This document shows positions 45,510 to 55,769 of a stretch of DNA of 64,000 bases, piece by piece. Numbering within the stretch: position 1 is the first letter of the stretch; every line of letters begins with the position of its first letter. The translations under genes were made by a program, and so were the position numbers. The notes beneath the pieces are model-generated. The model had not been told where the DNA came from and ran no database searches. It saw nothing but the letters and a program-made list of their open reading frames with translations. The DNA is from Deltaproteobacteria bacterium (lineage in GTDB: Bacteria; Desulfobacterota; Binatia; UBA12015), in NCBI GenBank assembly GCA_046583355.1, contig JAYGCM010000019.1, forward strand, positions 8,381-72,380, read 5' to 3'.

Positions 45510-46532
45510 CTATATATTACGCGCAAGCGCAAGCGCCGAGTTGGCGAGGAAGGTGGTCTGGGCTTCCATGAGGCCCAGATCGACCTTCTGGTCGCCCATG
45601 ACCTTCTGGCGAAAACGCGCGAAGACGCCTTCGCAGATGGCGGCCAGCCGCCACATCTGGAAGGCGCGATAATAATCGAGCTCGCCAACCGCGCGGCCTG
45701 TACGCTCGGCGTAGGCCGCAATGAATTCCGCTCTGGAGGGACACCCCTGTAGAACTACGACCGAGGCCGCACCGGCGGCCGGCGGATCGGCCGGGTCAGG
45801 CCAGTTATTGAGCAGGTAGCCGACGTCCGCCAGCGTATCGCCCAGCGTACAGAGCTCCCAATCGAGGACGGCGGCGACGCGGCCCTCCGGGGCCAGCAAG
45901 ACGTTGCCGAGACGATAGTCGCCGTGCACGATCCCGGTATAGAGCTGCGGTGGCTTTGCCTGGACGAGAAGCGCGTGCGCTTCCTCCATTGCCGGCAACT
46001 CGCGCTGCTTCGATTTCTCCCATTGCCCCGCCCAACGCTTCAGCTGGCGGTCGAGGTAGGCTTCCTTCTTGGCAAGGTCGCCCAGACCGATGGCATCGAT
46101 ATCGACCGCATGCAGGTCCGCAAGGACTTCGATCAGATGGTCCATCGCGCGGCGACCGGCCGATGCATCGAAAGCATCCTCACCGCTGCCTGCCTCGCCG
46201 AGCACCACGCCCGGCACGTAGTCCATCACATAAAAGGGAGCGCCACCCACGGCCTCGTCTGTGCAGAGGCCGAGCGCCGGCGGCACCGGCACTTTGGTCG
46301 GACTCAGCGCGTCGATGATCCGGTACTCGCGCGCCATATCGTGCGGGGTCGCGAGCACGGCGCCGAGCGGCGGACGGCGCAGCACGACCAGACGCCCGGT
46401 TGCATCCTGAACCCGAAAGGTGAGGTTGGAGCGACCGCCCGCGATCAGCGAGAACGTAAAGGGCGGCGCAAGCCCCGGGATCTCCGCCTCGAGCCACGCG
46501 CTAACCTTCTCCCTATCGATTCCATCAGACAT
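45510..46532 (-). CDS. APH-like phosphotransferase (ACAD10/11-type)
   Basis: GGRSNLTF, VLRRPP, HDMAREY, HGDYRLGN, LDWE. Confidence 0.88.
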   Translation of the reverse strand: MSDGIDREKVSAWLEAEIPGLAPPFTFSLIAGGRSNLTFRVQDATGRLVVLRRPPLGAVLATPHDMAREYRIIDALSPTKVPVPPALGLCTDEAVGGAPFYVMDYVPGVVLGEAGSGEDAFDASAGRRAMDHLIEVLADLHAVDIDAIGLGDLAKKEAYLDRQLKRWAGQWEKSKQRELPAMEEAHALLVQAKPPQLYTGIVHGDYRLGNVLLAPEGRVAAVLDWELCTLGDTLADVGYLLNNWPDPADPPAAGAASVVVLQGCPSRAEFIAAYAERTGRAVGELDYYRAFQMWRLAAICEGVFARFRQKVMGDQKVDLGLMEAQTTFLANSALALARNI

Positions 46533-46593
46533 GCCGAACGATTAGATCTTCGGTCGGAAAGTGCAACCATGGCCCGTTTTTGCAGCCGGATTT

Positions 46594-47190
46594 TCAGCGC
46601 GGCGGCACGACCGCAGGCGACGTCTGGCGGCGCGCTGCGAGGTTACGCAGGACCGAGCGCGCAAGTTCGCGTGGCCGCTTCCAGGCCGGGAATCCCTGGC
46701 CGAGTGGTGTGGCGGCGACGCGAAAAAAATCGTCTCCGTCGATCACGAAAAGCACCGGCCCCCGGCCAGTGGGAAACGCCGCATCCTCCACCCAAAAGGC
46801 GGTAGCCGTGAAATTGGGCACGGCCAGCCTTTGCACGCGCTCGAGCCGATTGGTCTCGAGTACGCGGCGCATCTCTGCGGCGAAGGTGCCGTGGCGCCCG
46901 CCCTCAGGGAAGAAATCCAACTCGGCGAATTCGCCGCTCGGAGCCTCATAGCGGCACCGCGACCAATGCTCTTGGTGCACGATGCTGGGCTCCTGCACCA
47001 CCAAAGACAGCGGCGCCTCTGCCTCGGCCGAGGATAGCAGACAGCAAGCCTCCGACGGCTCCGTCGCGCAACGCACCTCGATGCTGCGCTCGCAGCCGAC
47101 CAGCAGCGTGGCCGCGAGGAGAAGAGTCGCCCATGCGGCCACCAGGGTCCTGCAGGCCGGGGGGACCCCGGCCCCATGCGGCACTCGCAC
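46594..47190 (-). CDS. Hypothetical lipoprotein
   Basis: Lipobox LLVGC after a hydrophobic stretch; start uncertain. Confidence 0.5.
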   Translation of the reverse strand: MRVPHGAGVPPACRTLVAAWATLLLAATLLVGCERSIEVRCATEPSEACCLLSSAEAEAPLSLVVQEPSIVHQEHWSRCRYEAPSGEFAELDFFPEGGRHGTFAAEMRRVLETNRLERVQRLAVPNFTATAFWVEDAAFPTGRGPVLFVIDGDDFFRVAATPLGQGFPAWKRPRELARSVLRNLAARRQTSPAVVPPR

Positions 47191-47227
47191 GGGACGCAAA
47201 AGGCACAGGGAGGGCACGCCCCTATCG

Positions 47228-48439
47228 TCAAACAATTTTATACCAATAGAATGCATAGACTGCATAAGCGTTGAGAAACACCGAGAGCGCGAGCAAGAGA
47301 ACGTCCGGAATTCGCGGCCGGGGCGGACTCGACTCAAGCAAGATCCAGAAGAAAAAGGGAATCAGGATCATCCCGTAGCGATACGAGAATTGATAGCCGC
47401 CCGCATTGCCGTGCAACCAGAGAACGGCCGTCAGGGCGACAATCGCGAGCACGGCAAAAATCGAGTGACGGGCATTGCGCGACCGCGGCCGGAAACAAAG
47501 CAGCAGAATAGGCGAGACGAGAAAAATCGACTCACCTCCCCCGGTGGGGCGAATCCAGGGAAAACTATCCTGACTCGCCCAGGGAAGGAGAAGCATCGCA
47601 CGCAGATTCGGCTCGACACCACGCCAGGAAAAGAAGCCCTCGGCGTAGAAGGGGTCGTCGAGCAAAAAGGGAATGCGCTCGTAGCCGAAATCGAACGGAG
47701 AATGGAAACGCATGGCATTGTAGACAAGCGTTGCGACACCGAGGGCAAAGGGCACGGTGCAGAAAGCCGCCAGCCGGGCCATGCCTGTGCGCGCATCCCT
47801 GCGACTCTGCGGCTCCGCGAAGAGCAGCCCAAGGAAGAGTGGTGTCAGCAAAATGAGTTCGGTTCGGTTGCCGAAGGCGAGTGCGAAGAAGGCTCCCGCA
47901 AGGAGCGGGCGCCTATCGACCAGCGAATAATACAGCGCGCCCATCTCGCCCACCACGGCGAAGCCCAAGGCAAGCTGCCAGGCGCCGCCGTTCTCGACAT
48001 TCGCCCACACCCAGGAGCCAAAGACCGGGAAAGCCGCCAGCAGCAGACGCTGCGTCCGTACGATGCCTCGACCGGCCGAGAGGCGGTAAGCAAAATATGC
48101 GATCGCGGCGCCGATGAAAGCGGCCACAGCGGACACCGGTATCTCGCCGATCCAGCCGAGCCGAGCGGCCACGGCCGCAGGCAGCATCGTCAGGACAGCA
48201 CCGAGCGGGAAGACGGAATAATGAAGCTTCTCTCCCGGCACCAACTCCAGCCAGGGACGCGGGTGATCGATCCCCAATTGGAGGTCGAGGAACTGGCCGG
48301 CGATCAGAAAGGTCTGGTCGTAGGGCGTGCGCGCGGCGGGATGTGAGAAAAAGTAGACAAGCCCCGCCAGCAAAGCGAAACCGCCCGCCACCAGCCATTC
48401 CGTGCGCCCCTGCGCATGCTCGCCTCCCGCAACCGCCAC
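47228..48439 (-). CDS. Polytopic membrane protein, probable GT-C fold glycosyltransferase
   Basis: Many TM helices; YNAMRFHSPFDFGY and GGYQFSYRY loops typical of GT-C-like proteins. Confidence 0.6.
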   Translation of the reverse strand: MAVAGGEHAQGRTEWLVAGGFALLAGLVYFFSHPAARTPYDQTFLIAGQFLDLQLGIDHPRPWLELVPGEKLHYSVFPLGAVLTMLPAAVAARLGWIGEIPVSAVAAFIGAAIAYFAYRLSAGRGIVRTQRLLLAAFPVFGSWVWANVENGGAWQLALGFAVVGEMGALYYSLVDRRPLLAGAFFALAFGNRTELILLTPLFLGLLFAEPQSRRDARTGMARLAAFCTVPFALGVATLVYNAMRFHSPFDFGYERIPFLLDDPFYAEGFFSWRGVEPNLRAMLLLPWASQDSFPWIRPTGGGESIFLVSPILLLCFRPRSRNARHSIFAVLAIVALTAVLWLHGNAGGYQFSYRYGMILIPFFFWILLESSPPRPRIPDVLLLALSVFLNAYAVYAFYWYKIV

Positions 48440-48502
48440 GGGGAGATCATCGCATCGCTCGCGGTCGGGCGAAAGCTCGCTCAGCGGCTGGGCCGAAAGC
48501 GC

Positions 48503-50284
48503 TCAGCGACAACGCAAGGTCGCGCCGTTGCGCACCAGCGCGCATTGCGACGAAGACCAGCTTGTCTCGGCGCAAACGCCCTCGGTCACGTTGCGCAATT
48601 GGACGCGCAACGGGCCACCGGAGCCGGCCAACGCGGCCTGCTTGGCCCCCAGCGACACGCGGAACCCGCCGCTACGGGTGGTGAATACCGCCCGTGAGAG
48701 GGCGCCCGCGGCTCGGTCGCGCCAGATGGACTTCGTACCCCCGCGATTCTCTCGCCAGCCACGGCGCAAGACAGAATCCCACGCCCCGCCCGGCAGCTCC
48801 CAACTCGCGACCGCATCGCCTGCGGAATCCAGAATTCGAATCTCGATACCATGGGTCGCCGGAACGAAACCGGCCGGCGCGCCTTGGAAATCCGCCTTCA
48901 ACGAGAACTTCTGCTCACCGGCGATGCGATCCAGGCGAGCAAAGACGCCGCGCGCCCCCGCCAGTTCGTCGCATTCACGCTGGCAGGTGGCATTGCAGCC
49001 GTCGCCGTCGTCGAGGTTGGCATCGTCACATTCCTCGCCAGTATCGAGCACTCCATCGCCGCAACCGGCCACCGCCCAGCGCATCATCTCGAAGACGCCG
49101 GCCAGCGCTTCCTCCCCGGTCGGGACGATTTCGTCTGCGGGAAGCAGGAAACCGGGGAATGCCGAGGTCGGCCGCAATTCGATCGTGTAGCCAAGTGCGC
49201 CATGCACGGCCGTCGTCCAATCGGGGAAGATCCCACTGGCTAGATAGAGGCCGCCGTCACCACTTGCATTCGGATAGGACTCGCCATGCACAGCTTCCAT
49301 GGCGGCTCCCATCGCAGCCCCCAGTGCGTCGATCTCAGCGAAGGCCACCGGCAGCGTATTGGTGTAGCCCCAAGGTTGCAGGATCACCTGGCTATAGTTG
49401 TGGAAATCGACATGTCCGACCAGATTCGGCAGACTCTCGACGAGTGCTTGCAGCGCCTGCGTCTCCGGTTCAGAATGGGCCGAGGTGCCCGTATAGACGT
49501 CACTGCAACGATTGCCGATCGTGCTCTGGCCGCCATTCCAATCCGTCCCCCAATTCCGGTTCAAATCAACACCGAAGCACGAGGAGCCGCTGTGCAGGCG
49601 TCGGTTCTTGCGCCACATCCGGTCGCCGCCGGCTGCGTGGCTATGAACGTAGCCATCCGGGTTCACCACGGGCACGACCCATACATCAATCGCGTCCAGT
49701 AGCGCGGCGACCGTGGCGTCACTGCCGGAACGCTCAAGCAATTGTTCGGCGATATAGACCGGCACCATCGCCGCGATCCATTCACGCGCATGCTGCGCTC
49801 CGTTGAGGAGAAGTGTCGGGCGGCTACCCGCCGCCGTCCCGCTGATCTTGAGTGCGCGGATCTCGCGCCCCTCGAAGCTCTGGCCGAGGTCGACCAACGA
49901 CGCACGCGCGGGCCATGCGGCCGCAAGGGCATCGAGCCGGGTCTCGATCTCCGTCCATTCGCGGTAGTCCGCGTAGAAATTTTCGCTGGCCGACACGGAG
50001 CGGCCGCGGCGCTTCTGCTCGTCGCGGAGGAGTGCGGCGAGGTTGCCGAGCAAGGAGCGCGGCCCAAGCCCGGCCGCATCGAGTGCACGACCAGCATTCC
50101 CGTCAATCAACCAGGCTCCCGTTCCGGGGCCGGCTCGACAGGCCAGCGGACGCGCACCCACCTCGATCGCCGAATCAAAATCGGCCTGGGTCGGCAACGA
50201 GAGTTCGACGATCCGCTGCTCCGCTGCGGATGCAGGAACGGCCAGAAAAAAGACGACGAAGAAGAAGAACAGCGCCCTTCGCAT
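48503..50284 (-). CDS. Secreted M14 zinc carboxypeptidase with DUF4215 repeat and unnamed C-terminal domain
   Basis: Signal peptide; HAREW, NPDG, WRKNR, GVDLNRN, DFHNYSQ, TIELR; CGDG..EECDDAN..GDGC. Confidence 0.88.
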   Translation of the reverse strand: MRRALFFFFVVFFLAVPASAAEQRIVELSLPTQADFDSAIEVGARPLACRAGPGTGAWLIDGNAGRALDAAGLGPRSLLGNLAALLRDEQKRRGRSVSASENFYADYREWTEIETRLDALAAAWPARASLVDLGQSFEGREIRALKISGTAAGSRPTLLLNGAQHAREWIAAMVPVYIAEQLLERSGSDATVAALLDAIDVWVVPVVNPDGYVHSHAAGGDRMWRKNRRLHSGSSCFGVDLNRNWGTDWNGGQSTIGNRCSDVYTGTSAHSEPETQALQALVESLPNLVGHVDFHNYSQVILQPWGYTNTLPVAFAEIDALGAAMGAAMEAVHGESYPNASGDGGLYLASGIFPDWTTAVHGALGYTIELRPTSAFPGFLLPADEIVPTGEEALAGVFEMMRWAVAGCGDGVLDTGEECDDANLDDGDGCNATCQRECDELAGARGVFARLDRIAGEQKFSLKADFQGAPAGFVPATHGIEIRILDSAGDAVASWELPGGAWDSVLRRGWRENRGGTKSIWRDRAAGALSRAVFTTRSGGFRVSLGAKQAALAGSGGPLRVQLRNVTEGVCAETSWSSSQCALVRNGATLRCR

Positions 50285-50288
50285 CGGC

Positions 50289-52415
50289 CTAAGCCTCCGG
50301 CGTCGCGCTCGGCTCAGGAGTCGGCTCCGCTGTCGGCTCCGGCGTCGCGCTCGGCTCAGGAGTCGGCTCCGGCGTAGGCGTGGGTGTGGGTGTGGGTGTG
50401 GGTGTGGGCGTGGGCGTGGGCGTGGGCGTGGGCGTGGGTGTGGGTGTGGGTGTGGGTGTGGGCGTGGGTGTGGGTGTGGGTGTGGGTGTCAAAGAGGGGA
50501 CCGGGCCTACGCCAACGGCGAATTCGACAATATCACAATCGGCGTCGGTGCGGACCTCAAGGCGGACGTCGTACCACCCGGCCTCGGCATAGGAGTGGCG
50601 CATCTTGCGGCTGATCGCCGTCGTCCCGTCGCCCAGATCCCAATTCCACGCCACTGTCTCCAGGCCCGAGTCTTCTACGAACTCAATCCTCATCGAGTCC
50701 CCCGGCAAGGGCCTGATATCCACCGCCGCGTAGAGGCCGCCGTGGTCATCGCAAAGCAACTCTTCAAAAGGCAAAGCGCCGATTCCGGCACCGTTGAAGA
50801 GGTTGGCCCAATGCGAATTGGCCGTCATCCCGTAGCTCGCGCCATGCGGCATAGCGACATCAGCATGCCAGATTTCAAGCGAATCGTTCTCCCCTTCGGC
50901 CCCGGCAATGACCTCGGCCGAGGCCCAGTGCCACTCGAAGCCATCGGAAATCTGGATGCCCTGTAGCGGGCGACCGCCAACCGTATCGACCCGGCACTCG
51001 GCACAACTCGCGCCAGAGCCATCACCACTGGGCTGCAGACGGATGGCTGTGCCAGCCTGGAACTCGAGGCGCAGCCGGTCCGGAGCATCGGCCACGGCAA
51101 CGCGCTGCACCGAGATCAGGGTCGGGCCGATGCCGACGCCCTCCTCGCCGTCACTGATATCGAGCGCCGCTCGCATGATCGGGCCTGGGTAAACCTCTAC
51201 CCGCAGGCGCGGATGAACCGAGTCTCGCAGACCGAGGTCCTTGGAGTTGACGATCGCGATATCGGGTAATTCCCGCGCCAGCCGCGAGAAAGCGCGGTAC
51301 ATCTGCCAGTCATTACGTGCTCCCTCCGGCCGTCCTTTGCGCACCGCGGGGAGCTCCTCCACCTCGATATCCGCATCCCAATCCCAGAGATCGGCACCCG
51401 GGCCCGGTCGCCCACCCTTGGGGATCAAGACCGCGACAATGGGTAAGACGAGAGGCTCGTAGTTTTCGACCAGCTGCCAACGCCATGAATTCCATTCGCT
51501 GCGCCAGGACCGGAAGAAGCCGACCAGCGAGTCGTCATAGAAGGGCGTGAACCGCGAGCCATAATCCGATTCGCCCTGCCACCAGATGACACCGCGAACG
51601 GCGAAGGGCTGGGTCTCTTCGATTGATTTGCGCCAATGGCGCCCGATCGAGCCCAGCGGTCGGCCGTTGAAACGGCTGTAGCGCTCGCGAATCTCGAGCG
51701 GCAGATCGGCGAGCAGACCGGGGTACATCCAATGCCGGATGGAGGTGCTGGGCACCGCGACATTGATAATGCCGATCGTCACATCGGAGAAATGATCATA
51801 GAATTCGCGACCGATCGCGAAGGCCACCTCACCGACAAAGCGCCGCCAGCGCGCCGGCGTATTCCAATTACCGCGCTTGTAGGTGCGAATATCGTGGAGG
51901 TCGGATTTCTGCTCGGCCTTGAGACCCGAGGTCCATTTCGCGACGTTCGACTGCCCCCCCACGTACCAAACCTCACCAATCGCGACCTGACGGTAGAAGA
52001 ACCCCTTCTCGCCAATAACCCACAAAACCAACTCGTCGGCCTGCGTGGTCGCTTGGTCGATCGCCGGCAGCACCGCGCGCCAGTTGCCGTAGGCATCCGC
52101 AACGACGGTATGCGGCCCGCGTACCAAGGTGCCATCCGTTTTCTCAAGATGAATTGTCACCTCGGCCCGACCATGCGGCCGCGCGTAGCCCCAGATCCGG
52201 ATCGGCAGGCCGCGCTGCAGCACCATTCCATCCGCAAAAAGACCCGATCCCATGCGGATACGCTCGGCCGGAACGCGGTTGGATTGTGCCGCCGGGCTCG
52301 ACGCGAACGCCAGCACCAGAACCATGGCGCACGCCGTGGAAATAAAGAGTCGGGACACAATTATACGGGGGGAATTCTTCAACTTCAGATGGGGGTGATA
52401 CGTTGGGGAAGGCAT
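50289..52415 (-). CDS. Secreted sialate O-acetylesterase-like SGNH hydrolase with PKD domain and Pro/Thr tail
   Basis: [45 protein letters not shown]; start may lie further downstream. Confidence 0.8.
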   Translation of the reverse strand: MPSPTYHPHLKLKNSPRIIVSRLFISTACAMVLVLAFASSPAAQSNRVPAERIRMGSGLFADGMVLQRGLPIRIWGYARPHGRAEVTIHLEKTDGTLVRGPHTVVADAYGNWRAVLPAIDQATTQADELVLWVIGEKGFFYRQVAIGEVWYVGGQSNVAKWTSGLKAEQKSDLHDIRTYKRGNWNTPARWRRFVGEVAFAIGREFYDHFSDVTIGIINVAVPSTSIRHWMYPGLLADLPLEIRERYSRFNGRPLGSIGRHWRKSIEETQPFAVRGVIWWQGESDYGSRFTPFYDDSLVGFFRSWRSEWNSWRWQLVENYEPLVLPIVAVLIPKGGRPGPGADLWDWDADIEVEELPAVRKGRPEGARNDWQMYRAFSRLARELPDIAIVNSKDLGLRDSVHPRLRVEVYPGPIMRAALDISDGEEGVGIGPTLISVQRVAVADAPDRLRLEFQAGTAIRLQPSGDGSGASCAECRVDTVGGRPLQGIQISDGFEWHWASAEVIAGAEGENDSLEIWHADVAMPHGASYGMTANSHWANLFNGAGIGALPFEELLCDDHGGLYAAVDIRPLPGDSMRIEFVEDSGLETVAWNWDLGDGTTAISRKMRHSYAEAGWYDVRLEVRTDADCDIVEFAVGVGPVPSLTPTPTPTPTPTPTPTPTPTPTPTPTPTPTPTPTPTPTPTPEPTPEPSATPEPTAEPTPEPSATPEA
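50299..50490 (-). repeat. Low-complexity Pro/Thr coding repeat
   Basis: About 20 GGYGTN hexamers (50371-50490) and an exact 30-bp duplication (50299-50328 = 50341-50370). Confidence 0.9.
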
Positions 52416-52568
52416 ACGTCCGGCCGGAGGGCTGCGACTCGCAAGAGCCTACCTCGGCACGCCCCCGCGAGCCATAGTCTTTCTTTGTTTCCGGGGCTGT
52501 TTTGCGGACCACCGCAGACCATACAAGCTATGCGAGTCCTGCCGTTTACCGCTAAAGAGAACCGGGCG

Positions 52569-53489
52569 ATGGGAGACCAAAGAGCAAAGGCAGCCGAGCG
52601 CAAACCACCTTGGCTCAAGGTGCCGGTACCCGGCGGCGAAGGCTACCGCCGGCTCAAGGGCCTGACCCGCAGCCTCAAGCTGCATACGGTCTGTGAAGAG
52701 GCGCGCTGCCCCAACGTCGGCGAATGCTGGTCCGGCCCGCACGCGACCATGACCATCATGGTATTGGGCGATGAATGTACCCGGCGCTGCCGTTTCTGCG
52801 CCGTGCGCACGGTGACGCAAGCCGCGCCGCCCGACCCCGAAGAACCCGCGCATGTCGCCGAGGCGATCGCGGGCCTCGGACTCGGCTATATCGTCATCAC
52901 CAGCGTGGATCGCGACGACCTACCCGACGGCGGCGCCGGACATTATGCCGCCTGCCTGCGCGCGATTCACGAACGCGATAGCGAGTTGCTGATCGAGACG
53001 CTGATCCCGGATTATCGCGGCGAAGACCTGCAAACTCTGATGCGCGCCGGGCCCGACGTCCTGGCGCATAACGTCGAGGTAGTCGATCGCCTACAGCGCA
53101 AGATCCGCGATCCACGCTGCAGCTTTGAGCGCTCACTTACGACGCTGCGCGAAGCCCGCGACCTGCTTCCCGGCGTCATCACCAAATCTTCCTTGATGCT
53201 GGGCCTCGGCGAGTCACGCGACGAGATTCTGGTTTCGATGGAGCGCCTGCGCGGGGCCGGTGTCGAGATCCTCACGCTCGGGCAATATCTGCGCCCCTCG
53301 GCCAACCATGCCCCGGTGCGCGAATTCATCGAGCCGCAGGTCTTCACCGAACTCGCAGTGCTTGGCCGCGCCATGGGCTTTCTCGATGTGGCCGCCGGCC
53401 CACTCGTTCGCTCAAGCTACAAGGCCGGCGAGATGGTCGCCGGGCAACTCGCCCGAGAGCGGCGCGCAGCGCGCGCAGCCGCCCTCTGA
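52569..53489 (+). CDS. lipA: Lipoyl synthase
   Basis: KPPWLK, CEEARCPNVGECW, CTRRCRFC, TSVDRDDL, GQYLRP, VRSSY. Confidence 0.95.
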   Translation: MGDQRAKAAERKPPWLKVPVPGGEGYRRLKGLTRSLKLHTVCEEARCPNVGECWSGPHATMTIMVLGDECTRRCRFCAVRTVTQAAPPDPEEPAHVAEAIAGLGLGYIVITSVDRDDLPDGGAGHYAACLRAIHERDSELLIETLIPDYRGEDLQTLMRAGPDVLAHNVEVVDRLQRKIRDPRCSFERSLTTLREARDLLPGVITKSSLMLGLGESRDEILVSMERLRGAGVEILTLGQYLRPSANHAPVREFIEPQVFTELAVLGRAMGFLDVAAGPLVRSSYKAGEMVAGQLARERRAARAAAL

Positions 53490-53502
53490 ACGGGGTCCGA
53501 GT

Positions 53503-55203
53503 TCAGCTGCGATCCGCGCGCACGAGACGGCCCGGCCGGGCACCCGTCGGCTCCCCATGCTCCATCGTCACTTCCCCGGCGACAATCGTTGCATCGTAGC
53601 CATCAACACGTTGCACCAGGCGTCGGCCTCCGGCGGGGAGGTCGAAAATCATCTCCGGGACGTGGGTCTGGAGGCGGTCGAAATCGATGATATTCACATC
53701 CGCCTTGCGCCCGACCTCAAGCGTGCCGCGGTCGTTCATGCCGTAGACCTGCGCCGTCCGGCCGGTTTGCAGGTGGACGACCTGCTCCAGCGCAATGCGC
53801 TCGCCGCGCTTCCGGTCGCGCGCCCAATGCGTCAAGAGATAGGTCGGCATACCGGCATCACAGATCAGCCCACAATGGGCGCCGCCGTCGGAGAGGCCGA
53901 GAACCGAGTTGGGGTGCAGCATCATTTCGCGCAGCGGCGCATGGGAATACTCCGCATAATTGAGTAGCGGTGCGAAGAAGAAATTCTTGCCGCCATTGGC
54001 CGTCAGGCCGTCGAGCAGCAACTCTTCGGCACTACGCCCTTCGCGCTGGGCCTGGGCGGCCAGGCTCTTCTCCTTGGCCGGCTCGTAGTCGACAGGGTCC
54101 CCCAAGGGGAAGATCTGCTCGAAATTCATCAGCAAAGCCCGAGCAAAGGGGTCCTGAATCAGGCTCTCCTCGGCGAGCAGACGGGCGCGCACCTCAGGGT
54201 TGGCGAGCTTGGCCGCCCGCTCGGCCAAAGGCAGATGCGCCAGACCGGCATAGGTCGGGTGGCCGACAAAGGGGTGGAAGCTACTCTGTAGGCCGAAGAG
54301 CATGCCGGTCGGGCGGCACGGCACCTGGGGCACGATACGGCCGCCGCCGGCCGTCGAGCGGCGCGCGGCTTCGAGCGACTCGCGGTAAAGCGTCGGGTTG
54401 CCGGGCTGCTGTGCCAGCGCATAGGTGATGCCGCAGCCGGTCTCGCGGGCGAGTTCTTCCATCCAGCTGCGATCCGGCTCGCCGCCGAGCGAGTCCGTGA
54501 CCATCTCGAACATCGCGCCGCCCTTCACCTTGAGAGCTTGGCCGATCCCGAGGAGTTCACGTGGCTCGGAGAAGGTTCCCGGAACATTGCCATGTACGGA
54601 GCTGTGGATGATGGTGCGCGAGGTCGTGAAACCGAAGGCACCTGCATCGATGCCCTCTTTCGTCAAGCGATACATCTGGGAGATTTCGTCGTCCGTGACT
54701 TCCGTCTCGTGGGCGCGATCGCCGAGGACGTAGGCGCGCACCGAACAATGTGGCACCTGGGTTGCGATATCCATTGTGCGCGGCATCTTCTCGAGTACGT
54801 CCATATACTCGGGGAAGGACTCCCAGCCCCAATCGATCCCCTCATGCAGGGCTGTGCCGGGAATATCCTCGACGCCTTCCATCAATTCGATCAGGAAATC
54901 GTGCTGGTCTTCGCGCACCGGAGCAAAGCCGACACCGCAATTTCCCATCACGATGGTTGTGACACCATGCCAGCTCGAAGGCGCCAGCACCGGATCCCAA
55001 GTCACCTGACCATCATAATGCGTGTGGATATCGACCCAGCCGGGTGCGACGAGACGCCCCTTGGCATCGTGCTCGCGGCGGCCGCGTTCGGCCACCCGCC
55101 CGATAGCCGAAATGCGCCCATCGTCGATCGCGACATCGCCTTCGAAGCGCTCGGCTCCCGTACCGTCGACAACCGTCCCGTTGCGGATCACGAAATCATG
55201 CAT
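53503..55203 (-). CDS. N-acyl-D-amino-acid deacylase family amidohydrolase
   Basis: [26 protein letters not shown]. Confidence 0.88.
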   Translation of the reverse strand: MHDFVIRNGTVVDGTGAERFEGDVAIDDGRISAIGRVAERGRREHDAKGRLVAPGWVDIHTHYDGQVTWDPVLAPSSWHGVTTIVMGNCGVGFAPVREDQHDFLIELMEGVEDIPGTALHEGIDWGWESFPEYMDVLEKMPRTMDIATQVPHCSVRAYVLGDRAHETEVTDDEISQMYRLTKEGIDAGAFGFTTSRTIIHSSVHGNVPGTFSEPRELLGIGQALKVKGGAMFEMVTDSLGGEPDRSWMEELARETGCGITYALAQQPGNPTLYRESLEAARRSTAGGGRIVPQVPCRPTGMLFGLQSSFHPFVGHPTYAGLAHLPLAERAAKLANPEVRARLLAEESLIQDPFARALLMNFEQIFPLGDPVDYEPAKEKSLAAQAQREGRSAEELLLDGLTANGGKNFFFAPLLNYAEYSHAPLREMMLHPNSVLGLSDGGAHCGLICDAGMPTYLLTHWARDRKRGERIALEQVVHLQTGRTAQVYGMNDRGTLEVGRKADVNIIDFDRLQTHVPEMIFDLPAGGRRLVQRVDGYDATIVAGEVTMEHGEPTGARPGRLVRADRS

Positions 55204-55306
55204 GCAGGAACTCTAAAGACATGACCGAGAAGTGCAACGCTGCCGGGCCAAACGGCTACAGCCCAGCGCCCACAAGCTCGAAACTCGGCCCAAATGCAGG
55301 GCTGCC

Positions 55307-55705
55307 CTAGATCCAGAACTCGTCTACGAGCTGCTGGTCATCGGGGATCGACCAGACCTCAGCGATCTTGCGGTTCTCGAGCCGGAGCAGCACGAAAATC
55401 TGTGCGTCGAGATCCTTGCCTTCGCGCGCCCCCTGCAAACGCACCAGCAGCGCCGTGCGATGGTCGCCCGTGAGGACATCAATCAGGTCGAGACTGAGAG
55501 AATCGACGTCGTCGCCCAGGCTCGCGAGGTAATCGATGACCGCGCGCCGACCGCGGTGGTCGCCCGAGCGGGCGCTATGCCCTGACGCATGCCAAGTGAT
55601 AGCGGCGGTAGAAACACGAGCCAGGCTGTCCACATCAGCGGTGGAGACGGCCTCCCAAGCCTGGCGGGCAATATCGATTCTCTCTTCAGGCAATGTACCG
55701 GACAT
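55307..55705 (-). CDS. SnoaL-like / NTF2 family protein
   Basis: 132 aa; WH..G...SG.HRG; KIAEVW...DQ...DEFW. Confidence 0.8.
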   Translation of the reverse strand: MSGTLPEERIDIARQAWEAVSTADVDSLARVSTAAITWHASGHSARSGDHRGRRAVIDYLASLGDDVDSLSLDLIDVLTGDHRTALLVRLQGAREGKDLDAQIFVLLRLENRKIAEVWSIPDDQQLVDEFWI

Positions 55706-55769
55706 GATGCAGCCTCACTAAGCCCGATCGCGACAAATCGCAAATGATCGGGTGCGTTTCCTCTTTGAC

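Noticed and set aside
45510..46532. Aminoglycoside resistance kinase
   Set aside because: Motifs (GGRSNLT, LRRPP, HDMARE) fit the ACAD10/11-like metabolic subfamily
50380..50614. GV- and WV-repeat ORFs on the + strand
   Set aside because: Antisense readings of the Pro/Thr linker
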